From an uncultured Phycisphaerales bacterium (lineage in GTDB: Bacteria > Planctomycetota > Phycisphaerae > Phycisphaerales > SM1A02): a stretch of 64,000 nucleotides of DNA. Every line of letters begins with the position of its first letter. Position 1 is the stretch's first letter. The translations under genes were made by a program, and so were the position numbers. The DNA is taken from positions 64,001 to 128,000 of the forward strand of contig CALKEP010000001.1 in the NCBI GenBank assembly GCA_938084645.1, read 5' to 3'. A model generated the notes under the pieces. That model worked only from the letters and a program-made list of their open reading frames with translations, made no database searches and was not told where the DNA came from. Shown in pieces: positions 1 to 8,506 of this stretch.

Positions 1-490
1 GATCCGTCTGGCGATCGAGCTCCTCGTCCTCGCCGTGGTCGTGACGATGTGGACGTCGGGCGCCGTGGCGAAGTTGGGATCGAACCTCGCTTCCGATCGA
101 GCCGATCTCGTCGAGACGCAACGCCGGATGACGCTGCAGTGGATGCGCGGCGTGGTTCCCCCGGATGCGACCGTCGTCGCCTGGTTCGCGGGCGATGCCT
201 CGGACGATCTGATGCTCGTCTGCCGATTCGCGGGAAGTGGATCGGAACCGACCTGGTCCGAGACCATGGTGCTCTGGAATCGGGCGACCGTGCCCGGAGT
301 GCTGGTGGGAATCGCGGATCGCCCCATCGAACTTCCGCCGCGGGACGCGACGATCGACGCCTGGAGGTTGTACCTCATGGATTCGAGGGTCCGGCTGCTC
401 CCGCTGGGGCGTCCCGACGCCGTGCGACGAACGACCTCCACGGACTCGACTATCGGACGAAGGATTCCGATCGATCCATGCCTCCAGTGA
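1..490 (+). CDS. Hypothetical protein, 5'-truncated by window edge; hydrophobic N-terminus, possibly degenerate pilin-like
   Basis: Frame is open from base 2 (IRLAIELLVLAVVVTMW...) to TGA at 488-490; no recognisable family. Confidence 0.5.
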   Translation, partial: IRLAIELLVLAVVVTMWTSGAVAKLGSNLASDRADLVETQRRMTLQWMRGVVPPDATVVAWFAGDASDDLMLVCRFAGSGSEPTWSETMVLWNRATVPGVLVGIADRPIELPPRDATIDAWRLYLMDSRVRLLPLGRPDAVRRTTSTDSTIGRRIPIDPCLQ

Positions 491-565
491 GCCCGAAGGC
501 CCGACGATTGCGCCGATCCTGCCGGTCGCCTTGCTCACCGTTTGCCGTCGTGGGGCAAGTCCACC

Positions 566-592
566 TCAGATCGGCCGGGGAGATGCCGATGT
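566..592 (+). promoter_or_regulatory. Putative sigma28 (FliA/WhiG)-type promoter of pilus operon 1
   Basis: TCAG-N15-GCCGATGT versus consensus TAAA-N15-GCCGATAA; ends 35 nt before ATG 627, which has an AGAGGA RBS. Confidence 0.5.
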
Positions 593-626
593 GATCAGGG
601 ACGAGTCCCTCCCTAGAGGAAACACC

Positions 627-983
627 ATGCGACCTGAACGATCCCTTCGACGTCTTCTCGTGATCAACTCGCTGCTCGCCGTCGCGTTGACCTGGACCCT
701 GTTCGTCACCGCCGGACCGCTCGTCGGTTCCGCGGAGGCCGCGGGCCAGTATCGATCGACGCGTCGAACCGGTCCCCCCGCGGAAGCCCTGACCGGGGTC
801 GGAAACGCGGCGGCCCGACAGCGAAAGGAGATCATCGATCGCCTTGGAAAGGTCGAGCAGCAGCTTGCCGAGATGTCGGCCACGCTCACCTCTGGAAAGG
901 TCGGCGTCCGCATCGTCAACACGGACGAGCTCTCGATCGACTACGACCGCCTGGCGGACGCCGTTCGATCGCGGAGCGAGTGA
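627..983 (+). CDS. Small exported/membrane-anchored coiled-coil protein (118 aa), first gene of pilus operon
   Basis: RBS AGAGGA, ATG 627, signal-like N-terminus (LLVINSLLAVALTWTLFV...AEA), heptad segment RQRKEIIDRLGKVEQQLAEM. Confidence 0.7.
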   Translation: MRPERSLRRLLVINSLLAVALTWTLFVTAGPLVGSAEAAGQYRSTRRTGPPAEALTGVGNAAARQRKEIIDRLGKVEQQLAEMSATLTSGKVGVRIVNTDELSIDYDRLADAVRSRSE

Positions 984-1010
984 ATCGATCGTGTCGGAGC
1001 CCATGCAACG

Positions 1011-1574
1011 ATGAAGCGACGCGCCTACACCCTCGTCGAACTCGTGATCGTGATCGCGATTCTCGGGCTCGCCGGAGCCCTTCTGGTGCCCCGACTCATC
1101 AACGCCGACACCTTCACGGTGCAGGCCGCGGTGCGTTCGGTCATCGCGGACCTGACCTTCGCCCAGACGGATGCGCTCGCGATGCAGCGGATTCGTCGTT
1201 TTCAGTTCCTGCGTGATGCGAACGGACGGCTCCACGGCTACGCGATCATCGCCCCGTCCAACCAGTCGCTCTACGACGCGAGCTTCGACGTCGAAAACGC
1301 CGAATATCTCGACGACCGGACGGCCATCGGGACCGACGGTCGTTTCATCGTCGATTTCGACCAGGACGACCGATTCGCGGGGGTCGAGATCACGGACGTC
1401 GACCTCGGCGGCAACGACTGGGTCGCGTTCGACTCGCTCGGGGGCCCGCTCCAGGCGGGGGGGGCGCCCCTCACCAGCACCGGCGAGGTCCGGATGCGCG
1501 GGGCGAGTGGGGCCTATTTGCTCCGTTTGAGTGGATTCACGGGAAAGATCACCGTCGAACGGATCGAAGAATGA
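1011..1574 (+). CDS. Type IV minor pilin / pseudopilin (FimT/GspH-like)
   Basis: Class III signal MKRRA|YTLVELVIVIAILGLAGALLVP with E5; FimT-like C-terminus (VAFDSLGGP...LSGFTGKI). Confidence 0.85.
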   Translation: MKRRAYTLVELVIVIAILGLAGALLVPRLINADTFTVQAAVRSVIADLTFAQTDALAMQRIRRFQFLRDANGRLHGYAIIAPSNQSLYDASFDVENAEYLDDRTAIGTDGRFIVDFDQDDRFAGVEITDVDLGGNDWVAFDSLGGPLQAGGAPLTSTGEVRMRGASGAYLLRLSGFTGKITVERIEE

Positions 1575-1636
1575 TTCGGGTCCGTCGGCGTTGACGCCGG
1601 CCGAGCGAGGGAGCGGTCCCTCGACACGGACCCGGA
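1575..1636 (+). promoter_or_regulatory. Predicted three-way-junction RNA structure overlapping the pilM RBS
   Basis: P1 1575-1585/1626-1636 (11 bp, one G-U), P2 1586-1590/1595-1599, P3 1606-1612/1617-1623; GGAGG at 1634-1638 is partly paired. Confidence 0.45.
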
Positions 1637-1645
1637 GGCGCCCGG

Positions 1646-2701
1646 ATGTCGATTCGATCCATCTTCAAAATCCGCCGTACGCCGCCCCTCGGCATCGAGT
1701 TCTGCGACCGCGGGCTCCGGCTCGTCCAGGTGCGGGCGGGGAGTGACGAAATTCGTCGTGCCGCCTTCGTTCCCTTCGAACCGGACGGTGACGTGGACCC
1801 CGGTCGTCTTCGCACGGCGCTCCGCGGATTCCGTGGCCGCGATGCGGTCGTGGCGCCGCCGCGGGCCGACATCACGGTTCGGCCTGCCCGACTTCCCCTG
1901 CTGGTGGACGCGGAACTTCGCGAAGCCGCGCGCTGGGAGGCCGCGGGATTGCTGGGGATCGACGCCACCGACGTCGTGGCGGATGCGCTGCCGCTCTCGT
2001 CCGAGACCGATGCGGAGGGAAGGACCGAGATGCTCGTGGTCGCGGCATCGGCCCATGGCCTCGAGGAATGTCTTGCGCCGCTGCTCGCCGCGGGAATCCG
2101 GCCGATCGCGATCGAACCTTCGTTCTTCGGGGCGGGGCGGGCGTTCACCGTTCGGTCTCGTCGGGAGCGGGAACAGCACGACATCCGGGTCATCGTCGAC
2201 GTCGCGGAGACCGAATCCTGGATCGTGGTGACCCGGGGCGATCGGATCATGTTCGCGAAGCGGAGCGACGTGGGCGGCGCATCGTTCGACGCCGAACTCG
2301 CGGCCGGGCTCGGAATCGAGCCGGCGACCGCTCGCCGCACCCGCCTCGACGGAAGAGATCGACCGCTCGAGCCGGAAGTGCTCGCCGAGGTGATGACGGC
2401 CGTTCGGCGGGCCGGAGCGTCACTGGCGGACGAGATCGCGATGGCCGTTCGCTACGTCACCGTGACCACCCGTCTCGGCCGACCCCAGGCGCTGCACCTC
2501 AGCGGGGAAGCGGGCTCGACGCCCGGCCTTCGCGAGACGATCGAAGGTTCGATTCCGGGAATTCCGATCGAGTCGGTGACCTTCGTCGAGGAACGACTGG
2601 AAGCGGCGTCCCGCACCGAGGATTCGGCGCCACTCGAATGGTCCACCGCCTTCGGCCTCGCCATTCGTCCGGTGACGCGACGCGGGAGGGAGGCCGCATG
2701 A
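1646..2701 (+). CDS. pilM: Type IV pilus assembly protein PilM (actin-like)
   Basis: PLGIEFCDRGLRLVQ N-terminus, VIVDVAETES, DVGG..FD and LHLSGEAG motifs, STAFGLA C-terminus; position before PilN/PilO-like genes. Confidence 0.8.
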   Translation: MSIRSIFKIRRTPPLGIEFCDRGLRLVQVRAGSDEIRRAAFVPFEPDGDVDPGRLRTALRGFRGRDAVVAPPRADITVRPARLPLLVDAELREAARWEAAGLLGIDATDVVADALPLSSETDAEGRTEMLVVAASAHGLEECLAPLLAAGIRPIAIEPSFFGAGRAFTVRSRREREQHDIRVIVDVAETESWIVVTRGDRIMFAKRSDVGGASFDAELAAGLGIEPATARRTRLDGRDRPLEPEVLAEVMTAVRRAGASLADEIAMAVRYVTVTTRLGRPQALHLSGEAGSTPGLRETIEGSIPGIPIESVTFVEERLEAASRTEDSAPLEWSTAFGLAIRPVTRRGREAA

Positions 2702-3354
2702 CCGGTCGAATGATGGATCTCCGACCGACGGGAGTCCGGCAGCGGGTGGCGAATGCCCGTGAGCGGACTCGCCTCGTGCAGCTCTGTCTTCTTGCCGCGA
2801 CCTGCCTCTCCATGGCCTGGTCCGCGGCCGCATGGAGGCTTCGCGAGGCTCGGGCGGATCATCAACTCGCGGTCACTCGGGCCGACGAGGTCCTGCGGGT
2901 CGAACGCGAACTCGCCGAAATCACCGAACGCTTCGATCTCGCCGGCCGGCGACTCGAGGTCTGGAGACGATGTTCGATTCCGTTCGGAGCGTCGTCGATA
3001 CTCGCCTCGATCGCCAACGACCTTCCCGAATCCGGAACCCTCGAGCGGGTCGAGTTCGACGCGCCCTCGCTGGTCACCGGTCCCGTGCGTGGTGGGCGAG
3101 CCCGGTCGGGGCTCGATTCGACGCGGCGGATCGAGGCGGAGATCGAGGGCTTCACCGCAACCGACGCCGATGTGGCGATCTTCGTCGATGCGCTTCGACG
3201 ACGGCCCCTCTTTCGAGACGTCCGAGTCGAGTCCACTCGTCACCGATCCGTGGCCGACCGCACTGCGCGGGCGTTTCGAATCGTGTTCGAGATCGACCTC
3301 GAGACGGCCAGCCCGGTGCTCGCGACCACGAGCCTCTCGGAGGATGACGAATGA
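2698..3354 (+). CDS. pilN: PilN-domain pilus alignment protein
   Basis: ATGA overlap with pilM; MDLRP (INLLP-like) motif, one TM helix, coiled coil, IEGFTATDADVAIFVDALRRRPLFRDV PilN fold. Confidence 0.75.
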   Translation: MTGRMMDLRPTGVRQRVANARERTRLVQLCLLAATCLSMAWSAAAWRLREARADHQLAVTRADEVLRVERELAEITERFDLAGRRLEVWRRCSIPFGASSILASIANDLPESGTLERVEFDAPSLVTGPVRGGRARSGLDSTRRIEAEIEGFTATDADVAIFVDALRRRPLFRDVRVESTRHRSVADRTARAFRIVFEIDLETASPVLATTSLSEDDE

Positions 3355-3917
3355 ACGGTGACCGAATCATCCAGGCCGCGGCCGGAATCGGGATCCTCGC
3401 GGCGCTGATCTCGTGGTTCGGCATCGTGCCGCTCCATGCTCGTGCCTCGAGCCAGGAGGCGGAAACGGCTTCGTTGCTGACCCGGGTCGCGGCATCGCCG
3501 ATGCCCGCGGATCGTCTGGTCCCGTTTCGACGGGAACTGGAGCGCCGGGTCGAGATGCTCGATCGCGAATGCCCGTCCGGCGTCGACGAGGGACCGCCGG
3601 ATCTCGCCGGGATCATTCGAGCGCTCTCCCTGCCCATCGACGGTTCGACCGTGATCGACCAGACGTTCACGGCGGAACGAAGCGGGCCGACGGGGTTCGA
3701 TCTCGACCTTCCCTGGGCGGTGACACCGGTTCGAATCGAGTTGACGGCGTCGTGGTCGGCGATCGCCAACGTGCTCGAGTCGATCGAGGCGATGGCGGCA
3801 CCCAATCGAATGACGGAATTCAGGCTTGATCGTGACCTCGAGCCCGACGTCGAGATCGCACGCGTCTCGATCGAGATCGAGGTGCTGCATCGAGTCTCGC
3901 AATCGGAGGAGCAATGA
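3351..3917 (+). CDS. PilO-like pilus alignment protein
   Basis: N-terminal TM; PVRIELTASWSAIANVLESIEAM..PNRM ferredoxin-like PilO/GspM pattern; synteny. Confidence 0.7.
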   Translation: MNGDRIIQAAAGIGILAALISWFGIVPLHARASSQEAETASLLTRVAASPMPADRLVPFRRELERRVEMLDRECPSGVDEGPPDLAGIIRALSLPIDGSTVIDQTFTAERSGPTGFDLDLPWAVTPVRIELTASWSAIANVLESIEAMAAPNRMTEFRLDRDLEPDVEIARVSIEIEVLHRVSQSEEQ

Positions 3918-4621
3918 TGACTCGCGGATGCAACGGGATCTCGGGTCGCGAGCGGCTGCGGGCGGTGGCCGCATCGGTCCACCGACATGGCGGCCGCCTG
4001 TTCCGGTTCGCCTCCCGGCGAAGCACCATCACCTCGGGACTGGTGCTGGTCATCCCGGTCGTCGCACTGGCCCAGCCGCTCGGTCTGCTGCTCTGGGCGC
4101 GACTTCGACTGCTGACCACGATTCCGCGGACCGCGATGGCGACCGAGGAACCGACCCGGATCGCCGCGGACCCGGGCGTCGTCCGATTTCCGGACCTTCC
4201 GGCTTCCGGCCTCGATGACGTCTTCGACCGCGATCCCATGCACGTCAGTCCGCATCACTTCCCCAGATCCACACCCCGGGCCACGGAGCTCGAGGTCGGG
4301 CCGAAGTCGGATGGTGGATCGGCCGAAGACGAAGGGCATGAGGCGCGATTGCTGCGGGAACGGCTCGCATTCATCGTCTCCAACGTTCGGGTTCAGGGGT
4401 TGATATCCGACCGGGGGATCGCACTGATCGATGGTCGGGCATGCAGGATCGGGGATGAGATCCCCGTCGGAGCGGAAGGCGTGGAGATGCGCCTGCTCGA
4501 GGTTCGGACCGGGTCGGTCGTGATCGAAGTCGGCGGATGTGAATTCGTGCTCCGGTTGATCGCGGGAGGCAATGGGTCAGTCGACATTCGTCCTCAGGAC
4601 GAGGAGTTCAAGCAACCATGA
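3914..4621 (+). CDS. PilP/GspC-HR-like membrane-anchored protein
   Basis: TM helix, RDPM motif, then VRVQGLI...IALIDGRACRIGDEI...LLEVRTGSVVI beta-sandwich pattern; sits directly before the secretin. Confidence 0.6.
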   Translation: MMTRGCNGISGRERLRAVAASVHRHGGRLFRFASRRSTITSGLVLVIPVVALAQPLGLLLWARLRLLTTIPRTAMATEEPTRIAADPGVVRFPDLPASGLDDVFDRDPMHVSPHHFPRSTPRATELEVGPKSDGGSAEDEGHEARLLRERLAFIVSNVRVQGLISDRGIALIDGRACRIGDEIPVGAEGVEMRLLEVRTGSVVIEVGGCEFVLRLIAGGNGSVDIRPQDEEFKQP

Positions 4622-7170
4622 ATCATCACCATTCCATCCGCAGCATCTTCGGTGGCATCATCGCCACCGCCGCCGCGCTCGCGACGTTCTCGTCGGCGAC
4701 CGCCGAGGACTCGTTCGGACAGGACGACGGCCAGGTCGCCTCCGACGAGACGCTCGACCTCAGCGGGGTCGAGGTCGACGAGTTCGACACCTTCAACATC
4801 CAGGTCACCGACACCGATCTTGCGCAGGTGCTTCAGATGCTCGCTCTTCAGGGCGAGCGAAACGTCATCGCGAGTCGCAACGTCTCGGCGGTGATCAGCG
4901 CGAACCTCTTCGACGTCACCTTCGAAGAGGCGCTCGATGCGATCCTGAAGCCCAACGGGTTCCGATGGATCGAAGAAGGCAAGTTCATCTACGTCTACAC
5001 CCAGGAGGAGTTCGCTCGCATGGAGGCCCTCGATCGCAAGACCGAGAGCCGCATGTTCGAACTCGAGCACCTCTCGGCGCGGGACGCCAGCGAATTCGCC
5101 ACGCCGCTCCTCTCGGATCGAGGCAAGCTCAGCTTCATCGGCGAGGTCGCCGGTGGGATCGAACGTGATCTCGGCGACATGGGCGGTGACAACTGGGCGA
5201 AGTCCGCGATCCTCGTGGTCAACGACTACCCGGACAAGCTCGACCGAATCGCCGAACTCCTCGGCGAGATCGACACTGCGCCGCGGCAGGTCGTGGTCGA
5301 CGCCACGATCGCGAGTGTCCAGGTCGCCGAGGACGACGCCTTCGGCGTCGACTTCTCGATCATGGGCAATCTCGACATCACCAAGCTGGTGTCCCCGCTC
5401 GGCCCGGTGACGGATCTGCTGCGTGGCACCGTGCCGCCGAAGGAAGGTGGGGGCGGAGTTCCCATCTACGACGGAAACAGCACCTCGTGGGGGACGCAGT
5501 CCACTCCCGGAAACACCGCGACCGGCCCCAGCAACTTCAAGGTCGGCCTCGTCGCGGGTGACGCCTCGGTGTTCGTCCGGGCGCTCGACCAGGTCACCGA
5601 CACCATGGTGCTCGCTCGCCCCCGGATCATGGCCCTCAACCGTCAGCGGGCGCAGGTCATGGTCGGCAAGCGGGTGGCGTATCTGTCGACGACCGCCACC
5701 GACACGACCACGACCCAGACCGTCCAGTATCTCGATACCGGTGTGAAGCTGATGTTCCGTCCCTTCATCTCGAAGGACGACACCATCCGCATGGAGCTCT
5801 ATCCGAGCGTCTCCAGCGCCGAGCTCCGCACCCTCGCGGTCGGCATCTCGGAAGGCCTCGTCCAGGTCCCCGATGAATTCACGAACGAGATCTCGACGAA
5901 CGTCAAGGTCCGCGACGGCCAGACGCTGGTGCTGGGCGGCCTCTTCGAGGAACAGACGACGGTCTCGAACAGCCAGGTCCCGCTTCTCGGCGACATTCCG
6001 ATCGTCGGTGCGGCCTTCAGCGGCCACGACAACTCCGTCAGCCGGCGGGAGATCATCTTCATGATCACCCCGAAGATCGTGGCCGACGAGCTGATCGAGG
6101 AGACCGGCCGTCAGGGTGCCGAATTCGTGAACTCCCTTCGAGCCGGCATGCGGGAGGGCCTCCTGCCCTTCAGTCGCGAGAAGATGAGTTCACAGAGCAA
6201 CCAGAACGCGTTCGAAGCGATCAACGCGAACGACTTCGAACTGGCGATGTTCCACTTCGACAGTTCCCTCCGGCTCAATCCCAACCAGCCCGAAGTCCGT
6301 CGGATGCGATCGGAAGTCGCGGGCGAATCCAAGGTCACCTTCTACGACTACGACATCTGGCGTCGAGTGATGGACTCGCAGCACGCGGATCACGAGGACG
6401 CGCAGTCCGAGGAGGCCCGAGTCAATCCCGCGGTGGATCCGCTGGTCTCGGTGAAGACCGAACCCGCCATCGTCGAGCCGGATCAGATCGCGACCCGCGT
6501 CGAGGCGAGAGAGGATCGATTCCTCTCCGCGCTCGTCTCGGAGATCGATCGTGAGACGTCCGCGAACGCCTCCGAAGAGGACTCCGCGATCTACCTCGTC
6601 GAGTCGGAACCGATGTCCGTGGCCGCCGCCTTCGGCGATCCCGATGAATCGGAGTCGATGGTCGATGCCGAGGACACGGTGGCCACCGAGGTCATCGAGA
6701 CTCCGGCGCAGATCGCATCGGAGTCCACGGTCGAGGTTCCGACCGAGGAGAACTCGACCTCGACGACCACCGCTTCGGTCGTCGAACTGCCTTCCCTCGC
6801 GGAGCTGGCGAATTCGATGCCGGTCCAGGAGACGTCGGCCCTGCCGTCCGAACCGGCCGCGACGACGACCGATTCGACCGAGGGTTCCACCGTCGATGAC
6901 GGCGTCAAGGTCGCGGTGGAAGCCCCGCCGACGCCGGTCGACGTCGACGCACCGGTCACCGCGTCCGCCGACGCCGACTTCACGAACGAAGACGCGCTTC
7001 GCGTCGTCTTCGACGCCCAGATGAACCTCGTCCGCGGCACGCCAAGCTCCTCCTGGGGACGCCTCTGGTGGCTGGCCCGCATCGCTTCCGAACAGGCCCG
7101 AGTGTTCTCGAACGACGCCGGTGCCTCCACCACGCCCTCCGCGGTCGCTGGTGTGAACGAGCGGGATTGA
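4618..7170 (+). CDS. Secretin (PilQ/MshL/GspD family) with C-terminal TPR-like helix pair and long acidic tail
   Basis: Signal peptide; N domains; RQVVVDATIASV, LARPRIMALNRQRAQVMVG, VKVRDGQTLVLGGL, VPLLGDIPIVGAAF, REIIFMITPKIV secretin signatures. Confidence 0.93.
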   Translation: MNHHHSIRSIFGGIIATAAALATFSSATAEDSFGQDDGQVASDETLDLSGVEVDEFDTFNIQVTDTDLAQVLQMLALQGERNVIASRNVSAVISANLFDVTFEEALDAILKPNGFRWIEEGKFIYVYTQEEFARMEALDRKTESRMFELEHLSARDASEFATPLLSDRGKLSFIGEVAGGIERDLGDMGGDNWAKSAILVVNDYPDKLDRIAELLGEIDTAPRQVVVDATIASVQVAEDDAFGVDFSIMGNLDITKLVSPLGPVTDLLRGTVPPKEGGGGVPIYDGNSTSWGTQSTPGNTATGPSNFKVGLVAGDASVFVRALDQVTDTMVLARPRIMALNRQRAQVMVGKRVAYLSTTATDTTTTQTVQYLDTGVKLMFRPFISKDDTIRMELYPSVSSAELRTLAVGISEGLVQVPDEFTNEISTNVKVRDGQTLVLGGLFEEQTTVSNSQVPLLGDIPIVGAAFSGHDNSVSRREIIFMITPKIVADELIEETGRQGAEFVNSLRAGMREGLLPFSREKMSSQSNQNAFEAINANDFELAMFHFDSSLRLNPNQPEVRRMRSEVAGESKVTFYDYDIWRRVMDSQHADHEDAQSEEARVNPAVDPLVSVKTEPAIVEPDQIATRVEAREDRFLSALVSEIDRETSANASEEDSAIYLVESEPMSVAAAFGDPDESESMVDAEDTVATEVIETPAQIASESTVEVPTEENSTSTTTASVVELPSLAELANSMPVQETSALPSEPAATTTDSTEGSTVDDGVKVAVEAPPTPVDVDAPVTASADADFTNEDALRVVFDAQMNLVRGTPSSSWGRLWWLARIASEQARVFSNDAGASTTPSAVAGVNERD

Positions 7171-7179
7171 TCACTTGTC

Positions 7180-7215
7180 GGTGGCGGGACCGCCTTCGGG
7201 TGCGTCCCGCTCACC
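7180..7215 (+). other. Stable intergenic hairpin with C-UUCG-G loop, no U-tract (processing/stability element)
   Basis: ggtg-gcgggac-cgcc-ttcg-ggtg-c-gtcccgc-t-cacc between the secretin and TPR genes. Confidence 0.45.
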
Positions 7216-7263
7216 GTCGAAGTTCCCGCAGTCCGTCATTCCTCCATCCATCCGGATCGAACC

Positions 7264-8472
7264 ATGAACCGCACCACGACCCTCACCATCGTCTCGAGTC
7301 TCGGCATTCTCCTCGGCGCAGCAGGCTGCACCGGACCCACCAAGCGTGGAATCGAGGCTCGAAAGGAAGCGGCCGCGCGTTTCGACTCGATCCGAAGCCG
7401 GGTCGATTTCGATCAGGCGGATCAGGCGTTCCGAGCGGGGGATCTCATCACCGCGAAGCGCCATCTCGACGTCGCGATCTCGAAGGTCGACGACGATGCC
7501 GACTACTGGGTGCTGCTCGGTCGGGTGTACCTCGAGAACGGAAGTCTCGGCGATGCGTCGAAGAGCTTCGATCGTGCCCACGAGGTCGACCCCCAGAACG
7601 CCGACGCCTGCTATTTCCAGGGGATCGTGGACCAGCGCCTCGATCGGGCCAGCGAGGCCGTGGAGCACTATCTCGCCGCGCTCGAGATCGCGCAGGACAA
7701 TGCCGGAATGCTGGTCGCCGCGGTCGACACGCTGATCAGCGAGGGGCGTTACGAGGATGCCGACCGATTGCTGAAGGAGAAGGGCGTCGCGTTTCGTGAG
7801 ACGGCCGCGATTCACCATCTCGCCGGACGGGTGGCGATGTTCCAGGAGAACTGGAGCGATGCGGTCGACCACCTCGATCGCGCCGTCCTGCTCGACGACG
7901 AGGATCAGTGGATGCTGGAGGATCTCGCCCGGGCCCAGCTCGGCGCCCATCGCACCACGGATTGTCTCGAGACGATCACGCGACTCGAGGAGATCGTGAC
8001 CGATCGCGTCGAGGAACGGGAACTGCTCCGGCTTCGAGGGCGATGCCTGGTCGACGGAGGTCGGCTGCGGGAGGCCCGGGAGGTCTTCCTCGACTTCACG
8101 AATCTCAATCCCGAGGATGTCTCGGGCTGGGTCGAATTCGGACTCATCTGCCTTGAGGTGGGGGATCACCGGCGGGTCGTGAAGTGCGGCCAGCGACTGG
8201 TGATGCTCGAACCCGATCAGTTCGAGGGCTATTTCCTGCTCGGTCAGGCGGCCCTCGAGGAACGAGCCTTCGACGATGCGGTGACCCTCTTCCGGCGTGC
8301 GGTGGAACTCGATCCCCAGCGGAACGAGCCGAAACTCGCGCTGGGAATGGCCTGTGAACTCGCCGGTCGATACGCGGAGGCGTACCGCGTCTTCGCGGAA
8401 CTCGCGGAGCGAAACCCCACGGACAACCGTGTTCGCGAATTGCTGACCGGGGTCGGCGACGCGATGGACTGA
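7264..8472 (+). CDS. TPR-repeat lipoprotein (pilotin-like, PilF/PilW/MshN type)
   Basis: Lipobox AAG|C; many TPR repeats (YWVLLGRVYLENG, GYFLLGQAALE, LALGMACELAG); follows the secretin. Confidence 0.8.
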   Translation: MNRTTTLTIVSSLGILLGAAGCTGPTKRGIEARKEAAARFDSIRSRVDFDQADQAFRAGDLITAKRHLDVAISKVDDDADYWVLLGRVYLENGSLGDASKSFDRAHEVDPQNADACYFQGIVDQRLDRASEAVEHYLAALEIAQDNAGMLVAAVDTLISEGRYEDADRLLKEKGVAFRETAAIHHLAGRVAMFQENWSDAVDHLDRAVLLDDEDQWMLEDLARAQLGAHRTTDCLETITRLEEIVTDRVEERELLRLRGRCLVDGGRLREAREVFLDFTNLNPEDVSGWVEFGLICLEVGDHRRVVKCGQRLVMLEPDQFEGYFLLGQAALEERAFDDAVTLFRRAVELDPQRNEPKLALGMACELAGRYAEAYRVFAELAERNPTDNRVRELLTGVGDAMD

Positions 8473-8506
8473 GCGATCGCGTCGTGTCACGAACGATTGG
8501 TGAAGG

